From Candidatus Latescibacterota bacterium (GTDB taxonomy: Bacteria > Latescibacterota > CBDEFO01), in assembly GCA_965237525.1 (NCBI GenBank), contig CBDEFO010000008.1, positions 480,001 to 544,000 of the forward strand: a DNA stretch of 64,000 nucleotides, written 5' to 3'. The translations under genes and the position numbers were made by a program. Each line of letters begins with the position of its first letter. The stretch's first letter is position 1. A model generated the notes under the pieces. It ran no database searches. It was not told where the DNA came from and worked only from the letters and a program-made list of their open reading frames with translations. Of the stretch, positions 21,816 to 32,096 are shown piece by piece.

Positions 21816-21967
21816 TCTGCTCCGCTACTTATTCCCGTAGGACACTTACGTAACTCTGCAAAGCCCAGACATCGCATATCCGCTGACTTACATCGTGTGC
21901 ACAGTTGTACAAACTATGAATAGCTACACCAAGACTTTCTGCTGCAACAGGTTAGCAAGTGAAGAAG

Positions 21968-22705
21968 CTATTTGCTGCTCAAACTTGGGAGAGTCGCAAC
22001 ATCTTTAAGGCTCACCTTACCTTCATAGAGTGCCTTGCCTACGATCACAGCCTCCACTCCTATCTTTTCCAACTCCGCCAAAGTCCTTATGTCATCGGAG
22101 GACGATACGCCGCCTGAGGCTATTATCTTTAAGTTTGTCTCCTTTGCCAAGAGCCTTGTAGCTTCGACGTTTGGACCTTTGAGCATGCCATCCTTTGACA
22201 CATCGGTATATACCACTCGCTCGACGCCTATCTTTTTCATCTTCAAAGCCAGCTCTACAGCCGATACCTTCGATACCTCCTCCCACCCCTTCACGGCCAC
22301 CATACCATCTTTAGCATCTATCCCCACAACTATCCTGTTGCTTCCGAATCTTTCTATACACTTGTTGACAATCTCGGGCTCGGTCAGCGCAGCAGTCCCA
22401 AGGATGACCCTATCTATCCCCAGAGATAGAAGTTTAGCGGCGGCTCCGACGCTCCTTATTCCTCCGCCGAGTTGAAGCGGAATCTCCACAGTCTCAAGAA
22501 TATTTCTGACGGCAGAAAGGTTCTTAGATTCCCCCTCGAAGGCTCCGTCCAGATCTACTAAATGCAGATGCTCTGCTCCTTCTTTTTCCCACCTCAAAGC
22601 CGTCTTTGCAGGATCGTCTGAATAGACAGTCTTATCCTCTCTCCTGCCCTGAATCAGACGCACGCACTGTCCATCCAGAAGATCTATCGCAGGAATAACT
22701 AACAT
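21968..22705 (-). CDS. hisA: ProFAR isomerase
   Basis: IPAIDL.DGQCVRL.QG, HLVDLDGA, GGGIR, TDVSKDGML.GPN. Confidence 0.97.
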   Translation of the reverse strand: MLVIPAIDLLDGQCVRLIQGRREDKTVYSDDPAKTALRWEKEGAEHLHLVDLDGAFEGESKNLSAVRNILETVEIPLQLGGGIRSVGAAAKLLSLGIDRVILGTAALTEPEIVNKCIERFGSNRIVVGIDAKDGMVAVKGWEEVSKVSAVELALKMKKIGVERVVYTDVSKDGMLKGPNVEATRLLAKETNLKIIASGGVSSSDDIRTLAELEKIGVEAVIVGKALYEGKVSLKDVATLPSLSSK

Positions 22706-23304
22706 CTTATCTCTGCAAAGTTCTTCAGGATCCTCAGTCCCATATCCTGACTCTTTTCAGGATGAAATTGTATCCCGAAGACGTTGTCCCCGCCGGCTAC
22801 GGACGTGTAGTCTATCTCATAATCCGTAGTTGCTATAGTGTCCTCGTTCTTCTGGGTATCAACGTAATACGAGTGCACAAAATAGAAGAAGGAACCGTCG
22901 GGCACGCCCTCTAATAGGGGAGTTTCTCTTTTGATATGAATCTGATTCCACCCTATCTGCGGCACCCTCTGTGAATCTGGAAAGAGCCTTACCCTCCCCG
23001 GCAAAACATCCAAGCCCTGGTGAATTCCCTTCTCCTGGCTCTCCGAAAAGAGCAGTTGAAGTCCCAGACATATCCCCAGAAACGGAATGCCGCTTTCTAT
23101 AGAATCCACAATAGGGCCTATCAATCCCGCCCTCTTTAGATTTTTCACAGCGTCGCCGAAGGCCCCCACGCCGGGTAGAACCAACTTAGACGCCCTTTCG
23201 ATATCCTCTGGGTCGCTGGTTATCAAAGCTTCGCAGCCGACCCTCTCAAACGCCTTCTGGACGCTCCTCAGATTGCCCATGCCGTAATCTACGATTGTTA
23301 GCAT
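22699..23304 (-). CDS. hisH: Imidazole glycerol phosphate synthase glutaminase subunit
   Basis: DYGMGNL, PGVG, GICLG, FVHSY, QFHPEKS. Confidence 0.97.
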   Translation of the reverse strand: MLTIVDYGMGNLRSVQKAFERVGCEALITSDPEDIERASKLVLPGVGAFGDAVKNLKRAGLIGPIVDSIESGIPFLGICLGLQLLFSESQEKGIHQGLDVLPGRVRLFPDSQRVPQIGWNQIHIKRETPLLEGVPDGSFFYFVHSYYVDTQKNEDTIATTDYEIDYTSVAGGDNVFGIQFHPEKSQDMGLRILKNFAEIRC

Positions 23305-23379
23305 ATCGCTTGAATTCAGCTTGAAAGTGTTAGGTCAGGTGCAATTGAAATCTTCATTTGCGTGGTGAATCCGGTGTGT

Positions 23380-24096
23380 TCAGACAAAGAACTCCTCGTT
23401 ATGGGGACGCACATCAATCTCAAGAGTCCAAGCCTTCCTATCCTGTTGCACGAGATCCCAATAGGCATCTGCTACGGCGTCGGTATCAAGTAAAGGGCCC
23501 TCGGCAGCAGATGAGTCCTGCGCCCGTACTGCGGGGGTATCCAGAACACCGTCTATGATAACATGAGCGACATGAATGCCTTTAGGCCATAGCTCTCGGG
23601 CGAGGGAGTCAGCCAAACCGCGCACGGCGAACTTGGCACTACTGAAAGCAAGGGCACCCGCTCTCCCCCGAATCGCTGAGGTTGCACCCGTGAAGAGTAT
23701 TGTCCCGTTGCCACTTGCGAGCATGTCAGGCAGGGCTTCTTTACAGCAGAGAAAGGAGCCGTAGGCACAGACGCGCCAGGACCGTTCGAAATCTTCAGGC
23801 GTTAGTTCGAGGAAGTCCTTCCAGACCGCATTTCCAGCGTGATTTATCAGTACGTCAACCGGTCCTAACTGTTCCCGAACCTCTGCGAAACCACGCTCTA
23901 CCTGGTCGGGATCTGCGATATCTGTTGGCACAGCCAAGGCGGTTACACCTGTTTGCTGCAGTTCTGTGGCCAGATTCTGAATATAGTCCGGGGATCGTGC
24001 AAACATCCCCACCTGGTATCCTTCATGCGCGAACTTCTGAACTAACGATGCTCCTAATCCAGGGCCGACCCCAGAGATAACGGTCGTCTTAGGTAT
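23380..24096 (-). CDS. Short-chain dehydrogenase/reductase; no canonical start codon before the Rossmann motif
   Basis: Frame extends upstream of the annotated GTG to ATA-CCT-AAG (I/M-PKTTVISGVGPGLG); FTGAT, FSSAK, HVAHVIIDG. Confidence 0.8.
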   Translation of the reverse strand: MPKTTVISGVGPGLGASLVQKFAHEGYQVGMFARSPDYIQNLATELQQTGVTALAVPTDIADPDQVERGFAEVREQLGPVDVLINHAGNAVWKDFLELTPEDFERSWRVCAYGSFLCCKEALPDMLASGNGTILFTGATSAIRGRAGALAFSSAKFAVRGLADSLARELWPKGIHVAHVIIDGVLDTPAVRAQDSSAAEGPLLDTDAVADAYWDLVQQDRKAWTLEIDVRPHNEEFFV

Positions 24097-24126
24097 CGTA
24101 ACCTCTTCTTATGGGTTAATCTTCTT

Positions 24127-24154
24127 AGTACATCGCTAATATTAGCGATGTACT
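24127..24154. promoter_or_regulatory. Perfect 28-bp palindrome upstream of SDR gene (possible operator)
   Basis: AGTACATCGCTAAT-ATTAGCGATGTACT is fully self-complementary; function inferred only. Confidence 0.5.
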
Positions 24155-24291
24155 CTCTAAACTTTACTCTTCTTCGGTCAGGCGTTCTCCGGGAACTGTT
24201 CGAGCAAATAATGCTGGCGCCGAACGACTTTATCGGGATTATGGTTGGCTTTATGGGTGCCGCTGAAGTGATCTACTAACATTCCGTATTG

Positions 24292-25122
24292 TTACTCTTT
24301 CCCTAATTCTTGCGCCCTCAAAGTCGCCGCCTCCACCGCGCTCATGAGTGCATTTTTCAAGCTGTACTTCTCAAGGGCGTGCAGACCCGCAATCGTCGTT
24401 CCGCCCGGAGAGGTGACCCTATCTTTCAAGACGCCCGGATGCTCACCGCTTTCGATCACCATCTTGGCAGATCCCAGAACCACAGAGGCCGCTAGTCTTA
24501 AAGCCACATCCTTCGTCAAGCCCATCTTGACGCCCCCGTCCGCCAGACCGTCAATAATCGAATACACATAAGCTGGTCCGCTTGCCGAAAGTCCTGTCAC
24601 GGCATCCATATACTTCTCCTCTACATATACCACATCACCAACCGCGCCCAGTATCTTGGACGCTAAATCCAGGTGTTCCTTCCTGGCATACACGCCCCCA
24701 CAGAGCGCTGAGATCCCAGCCCCGATCGAAATGAGGATATTCGGCATGACCCTCACTACTGGAACCTTGCTCTTGAGCCCCTCCTCTATGAACGAAGTCC
24801 TGATTCCTGCCGCTATAGATATGACAGTCTGAGACTCATTGATATACGTTCTCAAGCTCTCCAGGACCGGTGACATGATCTGCGGCTTCATGGCCAGTAT
24901 AACTATGTCGGCAGGCCGGACAGCCTCCCTGTCGTCCGATGTAGTTTTAACCCCATAGTGCTGTTTGAGCCTCTCCAACAATTCTGGTACGACATCCTTG
25001 GCTGTCACGTTCTCTTGTGGGGCCAGTTTTGCGGTTACAATTCCCGCTACAAGAGCGCTTCCCATGTTCCCTGCGCCTATGATGGCTATTTTCTTGCCAT
25101 CTAACATTGCTTTATCCTTCAT
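24292..25122 (-). CDS. proC: Pyrroline-5-carboxylate reductase
   Basis: IGAGNMG, SIAAG, RVMPN, SGPAY, VTSPGGTT. Confidence 0.96.
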   Translation of the reverse strand: MKDKAMLDGKKIAIIGAGNMGSALVAGIVTAKLAPQENVTAKDVVPELLERLKQHYGVKTTSDDREAVRPADIVILAMKPQIMSPVLESLRTYINESQTVISIAAGIRTSFIEEGLKSKVPVVRVMPNILISIGAGISALCGGVYARKEHLDLASKILGAVGDVVYVEEKYMDAVTGLSASGPAYVYSIIDGLADGGVKMGLTKDVALRLAASVVLGSAKMVIESGEHPGVLKDRVTSPGGTTIAGLHALEKYSLKNALMSAVEAATLRAQELGKE

Positions 25123-25200
25123 TATCCATTTCCTGCTATATTATATGCAGGACGATTCTATATATCCTAAAAATAGTCAAATTAACCCTTTATGTCAAAG

Positions 25201-25236
25201 AAAAAAAGCGAGAGGAAGAATTGGCTCTCGCTCTTT
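25201..25236 (-). terminator. Intrinsic terminator after ilvE
   Basis: AGCGAGAG/CTCTCGCT stem with A7 tract on + (U tract on -). Confidence 0.65.
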
Positions 25237-25246
25237 GTGAAAAAGC

Positions 25247-26179
25247 TCATCTTCCCGTTGATACGAAGTCGAGCCAACCGTGGCGATCCTCCACCTCTCC
25301 TGAAGTGATCGCGAAGAACTCTTCCTGAATTCTCTTGGTCATAGGGCCTCTTGTGCCGTCTCGCACCGTGATCTTATCTATAGAGCTTATGGGTGTAATT
25401 TCAGCCGCGCTTCCTGTGAAGAACACCTCATCGGCTATATAGAGAGCTTCACGCGGAATCGGTCTCTGGGTCACGCTGTATCCCAGATCCCGCGCTAAAG
25501 TAATAACCGAGTGTCTGGTGATCCCCGGGAGGATAGCTGACCCTGTGGATGGAGTATATAACACTTGGTTCTTGATCATAAATATGTTCTCTCCGCTGCC
25601 CTCGCTCACGTAGCCGAGGGAATCTAAAGCCAGGCCCTCAGCGTAGCCGTCTGCCAGGGCCTCCATCTTGATCAGCTGAGAGTTCAGATAGTTGCCACCC
25701 ACCTTTGCTAAGGTCGGAAGAGTGTTCGGAGCCATGCGAGCCCACGAGGCCGTCCTTACGTTCACCCCCTTTTCGATGGCTTCCGGTCCCAGATACTTTC
25801 CCCATTCCCAGACGGCTATCACCACATCTACAGGGCAGTCAGAAGGATCCACACCCAAACTGCCGTATCCTCTGAAAGCTATGGGCCTTACGTAGCAGCC
25901 ACTCAATTCATTGGCCGTTATCGTATCTAATATAGCCTCCCTTATCTGCTCCTTGGAATAGCGCAGATCCATCCTGTATATCTTCGCCGAATCGAACAGC
26001 CTATTTATATGGTCGTCCAGACGGAAGCATGCCGATCCACGCTTTGTATCGTAGCACCTCATGCCCTCAAAGACGCTGGATCCATAGTGGACCACGTGAG
26101 ACAGGACGTGAATCGTAGCGTCCTTCCAGTCCACTAACTCTCCGTTGAACCATATCTTATCCGCCTCTGGGAAAGCCAT
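25247..26179 (-). CDS. ilvE: Branched-chain amino acid aminotransferase
   Basis: [39 protein letters not shown]. Confidence 0.96.
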   Translation of the reverse strand: MAFPEADKIWFNGELVDWKDATIHVLSHVVHYGSSVFEGMRCYDTKRGSACFRLDDHINRLFDSAKIYRMDLRYSKEQIREAILDTITANELSGCYVRPIAFRGYGSLGVDPSDCPVDVVIAVWEWGKYLGPEAIEKGVNVRTASWARMAPNTLPTLAKVGGNYLNSQLIKMEALADGYAEGLALDSLGYVSEGSGENIFMIKNQVLYTPSTGSAILPGITRHSVITLARDLGYSVTQRPIPREALYIADEVFFTGSAAEITPISSIDKITVRDGTRGPMTKRIQEEFFAITSGEVEDRHGWLDFVSTGR

Positions 26180-27884
26180 CTTCTTTTCTCCTTACGTCTT
26201 TCAATCTAAGTTGAATCATCTTTTCGCCTCTCCATTCGTTCTCCTCAATTACGTAAGCCAGGCTGAGGTCCCCACCTGACGACTTCACTGTCTGCAGCAT
26301 ATCTTTCATGTTGAAGCCTATGCAGTCGAGCACCTTCTGATCCTGGCGAACTTTGAACTTGAGATGATCCTTTCCCACTATCTTCGGATATCCCACCACC
26401 TCAAGGTCTCTGGATACCATACGCGGTTTCATATTCTCCGGTCCAAAAGGTTCAAAACGCTTCAAGAGTCTCAAGAATTTTTCATCTATTTCGTTTAATC
26501 GTATCTCATCTTGTATCTTAAGCTGTGGAATCTTGTCCTCCGGTCTCAGCCGCTCGTCGGCCACTGACTTAAACCTTTCCCTGAACTCGTCTACTTTATC
26601 CCTTCTGACTGTCAGCCCTGCCGCCGCCTTGTGACCTCCGAATGCCTCTAAGAGGTCTCTGCATTCGCGGAGCGCCTCGAACAGGTTGAAATTGGGTATG
26701 CTCCTTCCAGATCCCTTTCCTATATCACCATCTAAAGCGATAAGTACCGTAGGGAGATAGTATTCTTCCACAACCCGAGATGCGACGATTCCTATGACAC
26801 CTTGATGCCAGTTGTCGGAAGCCAACACGAGGGCAGGGTCATTTCTGGTATCAGCCGTCCTTTGAACCATCTCCAGTGCCTCGTCCTTCGTCATTTCATC
26901 TAACTCTCTGCGCCTTCTGTTCTCCACCTCCAGTTTATCGGCTATGTACCGAGCCAGACCCTCATCCGCTGTCGTCAGCATCTCCACTGCCTTCATGGCG
27001 TTGTCTATCCGCCCTGCGGCGTTGATCCTCGGAGCTAATCCGAATACTACCTGACCCGTACTTATAGTCTTCCCCTTCAATCTTGCTGTATCTATTAGGG
27101 CCCTTATCCCCGGATTGGAGGTGTTGTTTATCTTCTCGAAGCCGAGCTTTGTCAAAATTCTGTTCTCATCTATCAAAGGCACAATATCGGCTGCGCAACC
27201 CAAAGCCACCAGATCCAAGTTCTCGTAAAGTACGTCGGAGTCGAAGTTCCCCTCCTTAAAGAGGGCCTGTAGGAGTTTAAACGCCACAGCCGCTCCAGAA
27301 AGCTCCTCAAACGGATAGGAGCAGTCCGCCCTTTTAGGGTCTAATACTGCAAGGGCTTGGGGAAGAACCCCTGAGGGCTCGTGGTGATCGGTTATTATCA
27401 GATCTATCCCCAAGTTTTTGGCCAAAGCCGCCTCATCTATGGCCGTGATTCCACAGTCTACCGACACGATCACTGCGGCTCCACTGTCTTTTGCCTCCTT
27501 TATCCCTTTAGCGGAGATTCCGTAGCCCTCATCGAACCTATCCGGCACGTAAAACGATACATCTGCACCTATCTTTTCGAGCGCTCTGATCATAGTTGCC
27601 GCCCCTGTCACACCGTCTACATCGTAATCCCCGTGAATCACAATCCCTTGGCCTTTTCTGACAGCGCAGTGGAGCCTTTCGGCCGCAACATCCATATCCG
27701 CCATTAAGAAAGGGTCGTACATATCGTCCAAGGAGGGTTTCAAAAACCTCCTTGCCGACTCGAGATCTTCGACCTGCCTGTTTATTAATAGCCTTGCCAC
27801 TACTTCCGGCACGTTCAGCTCGCAGGAAAGGGCACAGACCAACTTTTCATCCGGCCTGTCCACAAATACCCAGTTGTGTTTCAT
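26157..27884 (-). CDS. recJ: ssDNA exonuclease RecJ
   Basis: [33 protein letters not shown]. Confidence 0.97.
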   Translation of the reverse strand: MKHNWVFVDRPDEKLVCALSCELNVPEVVARLLINRQVEDLESARRFLKPSLDDMYDPFLMADMDVAAERLHCAVRKGQGIVIHGDYDVDGVTGAATMIRALEKIGADVSFYVPDRFDEGYGISAKGIKEAKDSGAAVIVSVDCGITAIDEAALAKNLGIDLIITDHHEPSGVLPQALAVLDPKRADCSYPFEELSGAAVAFKLLQALFKEGNFDSDVLYENLDLVALGCAADIVPLIDENRILTKLGFEKINNTSNPGIRALIDTARLKGKTISTGQVVFGLAPRINAAGRIDNAMKAVEMLTTADEGLARYIADKLEVENRRRRELDEMTKDEALEMVQRTADTRNDPALVLASDNWHQGVIGIVASRVVEEYYLPTVLIALDGDIGKGSGRSIPNFNLFEALRECRDLLEAFGGHKAAAGLTVRRDKVDEFRERFKSVADERLRPEDKIPQLKIQDEIRLNEIDEKFLRLLKRFEPFGPENMKPRMVSRDLEVVGYPKIVGKDHLKFKVRQDQKVLDCIGFNMKDMLQTVKSSGGDLSLAYVIEENEWRGEKMIQLRLKDVRRKEDGFPRGG

Positions 27885-27897
27885 AGCGATTCCCTCT

Positions 27898-29757
27898 TTA
27901 GAACCTATGAGAGTAGTTTATAGTGATACTCGTCGGTGAGGTCTCAATGTTCTTGCGTCTGGAACTTTTCGCTTTGCCCTTGCTCGCACTTACGCTCAGG
28001 GTATTGTCAGTGCTTGGAGTGTAGTTCAGACTCATCCTGATACTGCTGTTGACCCTTTCATTGTCCAGTTCCCTTATTCCTCTGATGTTCTTCCAGTTTG
28101 TGCTTACTACCTGGCTGAAGCCAGATCCAAAGGACAGCCAGGACGCGGTAGAATAGCTCGCATTAAGGCTGAAATTCCTCCGTCTTCCGTCCCTCGTCAC
28201 CAACTGCTCGCCAGTCTCGAATAGGTTCCCGAAATCGTTAATACTTAAGTTATAGCTTCCCGATAATCCGATTCCCCCGAATCTTGGCAGCTTGACGGAA
28301 TGGTTCATCGACCACGACCTGCTGACGTTGCTTTTGGGGGTCGTCACATTAAAGAATCTTTCGTCAAAGTCAAATTCGTGGTAGCTAGCTGTCAGTGAAT
28401 AGCTGTGACGCAGGCTAAAGCCCTCAAATAGCTGGTAGCTTGTTGCGGCTGACAGACTGTAATTTCTCAACCATTTGTTGTTAGCCGACCTTTTGGAGTT
28501 CAAACGCACGTTGTGGTTTTGACCCGTGCTCAGATTCAAATTCAGATTGAAGCTATCGTATGAACCGTTGTACAACAGGGAAACGCGGCTCGTAAAATCG
28601 TCCCTATCGTTTATCTCAGCCTCGGGAGTATCCTTGCTCGCTCTTCCGACTACTCCCCTAAACGTCAAGCGGTGATCCTCGTTCAACGTGAAATTAAATG
28701 ACGCATTCAAGTCAACGTCCGACTCGCTCTTGTCCAACGCATCCCGGCGATTCTTTCCATCTACGATCGTTTTGCTCGGAAGCGTGGCAGACTCTGAAGA
28801 CGAGTAGCCCACACTTAAGCTCATGCGCACCTTCTCTGATAGACTTGTAGTCAGCGAGCTCTTCCAGCTTAAACGTGTGGACTTCCTATCCGTCCCCCAC
28901 TTGGAGGAAGTGGTATCATCGCTTGCAGTATCTGTCCCTCGGGATTCGTTGTATCCTAAGCTGTTATTTAAAGTGAGGTCATCCTTCTTGAAGTTGATAC
29001 TCCCACTTAAATTCCTGGTTCTGGTGAATCTATTTTCCAGGCGTGTGGGATCGTCTCTGCGCCGGTAATCCCTATCTGATCTGCTTTCGTTGTAGCTCAG
29101 GGAGGTGTTTGTATGACTTCCTATGCGATTCCCAAGGCTCCCTCTTAAGCTGGTATTCAGATGCCCCCTCACTGATGTATTTCCTGACCTGCTATAAGTA
29201 AAGGAAGGGGTTAAGCCATCTATCAACTTGGGACTTACAGACGTATTGAAACTGTAGCTTAGACCGGATGCTCCCTGGCCGAAAGTCCTGTTGAACGACC
29301 GGCTCGAAGATTGTCTTAAGGAAAACGATTTAAAGGCCCCCGATGAGAAGGGCCTATACGATAGTGTGACACCAACCCTCTGGTTTACAAGGGGTTCTTT
29401 GGCCCTGGAGAAGTTGTCCGAGCTTCTGCTGAGGCTCCCGTTAATGCCCACAGACGACTTTGATGAGAGTGGATAGTTGACAGACCATCTCCCGCTGCTG
29501 CTGTCTCTCCATCTATTTCCGTTCTGAGTCTTTGTCAGAGTCGATCTGAAGGAACTGTTCGCTGAAATCCTGATCTTGGAATCTGTTCCTTCCCGACCTG
29601 TGTCTATCGTATAGTTCAATCCACTGAAACTGTGTGACCAAGTAAAACGGTCGCTGTTCTGTGTGAAGCCTAGTTTATATCCTATGCTGTGTGCAGGTTC
29701 TGCTTCAAAGAGACACAGCAACACTGTAACAGTAGACAGTAGACAGTAGCGGTTGAA
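27898..29757 (-). CDS. Large Ser/Asn-rich outer-membrane beta-barrel protein; 5' end interrupted by IS
   Basis: Many amphipathic strands, C-terminal beta-signal ITINYSHRF; the ORF-track start (TTG 29778) lies inside the IS left inverted repeat. Confidence 0.7.
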   Translation of the reverse strand, partial: FNRYCLLSTVTVLLCLFEAEPAHSIGYKLGFTQNSDRFTWSHSFSGLNYTIDTGREGTDSKIRISANSSFRSTLTKTQNGNRWRDSSSGRWSVNYPLSSKSSVGINGSLSRSSDNFSRAKEPLVNQRVGVTLSYRPFSSGAFKSFSLRQSSSRSFNRTFGQGASGLSYSFNTSVSPKLIDGLTPSFTYSRSGNTSVRGHLNTSLRGSLGNRIGSHTNTSLSYNESRSDRDYRRRDDPTRLENRFTRTRNLSGSINFKKDDLTLNNSLGYNESRGTDTASDDTTSSKWGTDRKSTRLSWKSSLTTSLSEKVRMSLSVGYSSSESATLPSKTIVDGKNRRDALDKSESDVDLNASFNFTLNEDHRLTFRGVVGRASKDTPEAEINDRDDFTSRVSLLYNGSYDSFNLNLNLSTGQNHNVRLNSKRSANNKWLRNYSLSAATSYQLFEGFSLRHSYSLTASYHEFDFDERFFNVTTPKSNVSRSWSMNHSVKLPRFGGIGLSGSYNLSINDFGNLFETGEQLVTRDGRRRNFSLNASYSTASWLSFGSGFSQVVSTNWKNIRGIRELDNERVNSSIRMSLNYTPSTDNTLSVSASKGKAKSSRRKNIETSPTSITINYSHRF

Positions 29758-31045
29758 TATCAAATGAAATCGGTGCAACTAATTTGATCTTTGTTTAGAG
29801 TATTAGTAGATTAAGTTGAGTTGATTGTCTTAACTTTAATCTACGGAGTCCTATGGACAAAGAGAGATTGGCCGTATTAAGACAAGAAGTCAACGAGATG
29901 TATTTTAAGAAAGAAATGTCAAAGCGAGAAGTTATCAAACAAGCGAGAGTTTCCAATGATTTCGTTACGGCTTGGACTAAATCTCTGGATCAGGATTTTG
30001 CCATGGATAATCGGGGTTGGCCAAAAGGAAAAAGGCGAAAATTGGCTAAAGTTGACGAACAGAGAATCAAAGAGATTTACCATAGCTTAGAGGACGATCC
30101 TTATCAGTTCTATTCAGGAGCCACTGTTATTGAACAAGAATGGAGGAATCGATATTCTAGCACCCCTCCTCCGTCGTTGCCGACTATCGGCAGAATGCTT
30201 TCAGATTTAGGACTTTCCCAGAGAAGGAAGAAAGGTAAAAACAAGGGTGCATCTCGTTATCTTTGTTATCCAGAGTATACCATTTACTATCTTTTAGGAG
30301 GCAGAGTCCTAGAATCAGACTTTATTGGTAAAAAGTATCTTACCGGCAGAACTGAGCCGGTCAACTTCGTTGGATTTTCCTTTAAGAAAGAGCCTAAGTT
30401 AAGGTATTTTCGGCGGGTTGACGGTCAAACAGCAACTAACTTTATCGAGAAGTGTCAGTCTTTCTTTGACAGGTTTGAAAAACCAGATTTCGTTAAGGTG
30501 GACAATTGCTCGGCGACTATTGGCAGTGTTTCAGGTAAAAGGAATGTCAGCAAAGCAATGCAGTTTCTCTTGAAAAATCAAGTGATTCCGATATTTGCCG
30601 TTCCCAGAAGGCCCTTTTCTCAAGCATCTATAGAAGGCAACAATTCTGTATTTTCAAGGAAGTTCTGGAACAGAATTCAGTTCAAAAGCTTACAAGAAGT
30701 TGATCAGAAGTTAGAATGGTTTAATCTTTCATCACAGAGATACACCGGCTACCGTCCACCTAAGCAAGAGAAGTCAAACGAGAAAGATTTCATTCCCAAG
30801 ACCTATTTTATCAGACAAGTCAAACAGGACACAGAACAGACAGATAAAGCCTTTATCGATGTCCTAAATGAGAAAGTATCTCTTCCCTCCTCTTACACCA
30901 ACTACTTTGTCCTGGCTGAATGGAACCTAAAAGAAGAACAATTATACATCCATTTTGAAAAAGAACAGAAACCAAAGATTGTCGAAAACCTATCATTCAA
31001 GATCAATCAAAGATCGAAAGAGAAGTGCACCGATTTCATTTGATA
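29758..31045 (+). mobile_element. Insertion sequence, 1288 bp, 20-bp perfect terminal inverted repeats
   Basis: TATCAAATGAAATCGGTGCA (29758-29777) / TGCACCGATTTCATTTGATA (31026-31045); target duplication ambiguous (AA, TA or none). Confidence 0.92.
29853..31043 (+). CDS. DDE transposase (integrase-core type; IS family not assigned)
   Basis: N-terminal HTH-like region, LESDF..KVDN..SIEGNN catalytic triad; stop codon lies in the right IR. Confidence 0.85.
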   Translation: MDKERLAVLRQEVNEMYFKKEMSKREVIKQARVSNDFVTAWTKSLDQDFAMDNRGWPKGKRRKLAKVDEQRIKEIYHSLEDDPYQFYSGATVIEQEWRNRYSSTPPPSLPTIGRMLSDLGLSQRRKKGKNKGASRYLCYPEYTIYYLLGGRVLESDFIGKKYLTGRTEPVNFVGFSFKKEPKLRYFRRVDGQTATNFIEKCQSFFDRFEKPDFVKVDNCSATIGSVSGKRNVSKAMQFLLKNQVIPIFAVPRRPFSQASIEGNNSVFSRKFWNRIQFKSLQEVDQKLEWFNLSSQRYTGYRPPKQEKSNEKDFIPKTYFIRQVKQDTEQTDKAFIDVLNEKVSLPSSYTNYFVLAEWNLKEEQLYIHFEKEQKPKIVENLSFKINQRSKEKCTDFI

Positions 31046-31268
31046 AATAACCAGTAGACAGTAGTCAGTAGACAGGTCCCCTACCCCTGGTCCGATCAGG
31101 CGTGGGGGCGCCGCCTCTCCTGTTTGTAGGTTGCCCACTGACTTTAAGTGCGCTGATGTTCCGATTTTCGATTGCAAAACCCTCATACTAGAACATTCCG
31201 CTTTTCCCCCGCTTAAACTGATTCTCGTTCCATCCTATACGCACTTGCCGGACGATATCCGCTGCGTA

Positions 31269-32096
31269 CTAATGAGAGTTAGTAACTTCTTTAAGAGCGT
31301 AACTCAGCCTAGCGAACTCCTGAAGATTTAGGCTCTCCGGTCGTCTTTTTAAATCTATCTGTGAAATCTGAGATACCTTCAATAGTTTATCTTCTGACAG
31401 TCTTTTGCAGGATACTGGGATAGAATTCTTCAGCATCTTTCTCCTCTGTCCGAACGTTTTTCTCACCACATCCCAAAAGAATTCCTCATCTTGTACATCC
31501 ACCGCCTGACTACCTAAAAACTCCAATCTGACCACACTGGAATCTACCTTAGGTCTTGGCCTGAACGATCCCTTGCTCACATTGAAAAGCAACTTGGGTA
31601 AGGTCCACATTCTCACAGCTACTGATAGTATTCCGTAGGCCTTATCCCCGACAGGCGCTATCATGCGTCTGGCCACTTCCTTCTGAACCATTAGAACCGC
31701 CGTCTTAACAAGATTTCGATTCTCTATCAACTTGAAGAGCAGGGGGCTTGTGATATTATAGGGCAGATTCCCGACTACAACTGCCCCCTTGCAGCCGAAG
31801 CGCGTCAATACCTCATGTAGATCTAGAGTCAAAATATCCGTCTCTAGAAGCGCAAAACTTTCTCTGTCTGCGAACGTCTTCTTCAACTGATCGCACAAGG
31901 ATCCATCTACCTCCACACCCACCACGATACCACCCTTTTCCACCAGAAACCCTGTCAGCGCTCCTTTCCCAGGTCCCACCTCTATCACCAGATCATCTGA
32001 CGACACCCCTACCGATTCCACAATCCTTTCGGCGGTGCTGCGATTTACCAGAAAGTGCTGACCTAATCTCTTCTTAGGGCGGAAAGCTACGGTCAT
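31269..32096 (-). CDS. rsmA: 16S rRNA m6(2)A dimethyltransferase
   Basis: LGQHFL, EVGPGKG, GNLPYNI, MVQKEVA, PKVDS. Confidence 0.97.
   Translation of the reverse strand: MTVAFRPKKRLGQHFLVNRSTAERIVESVGVSSDDLVIEVGPGKGALTGFLVEKGGIVVGVEVDGSLCDQLKKTFADRESFALLETDILTLDLHEVLTRFGCKGAVVVGNLPYNITSPLLFKLIENRNLVKTAVLMVQKEVARRMIAPVGDKAYGILSVAVRMWTLPKLLFNVSKGSFRPRPKVDSSVVRLEFLGSQAVDVQDEEFFWDVVRKTFGQRRKMLKNSIPVSCKRLSEDKLLKVSQISQIDLKRRPESLNLQEFARLSYALKEVTNSH

Noticed and set aside
29730..31075. CRISPR array from the GTAGACA repeats
   Set aside because: 7-nt tandem units without spacers and no cas genes
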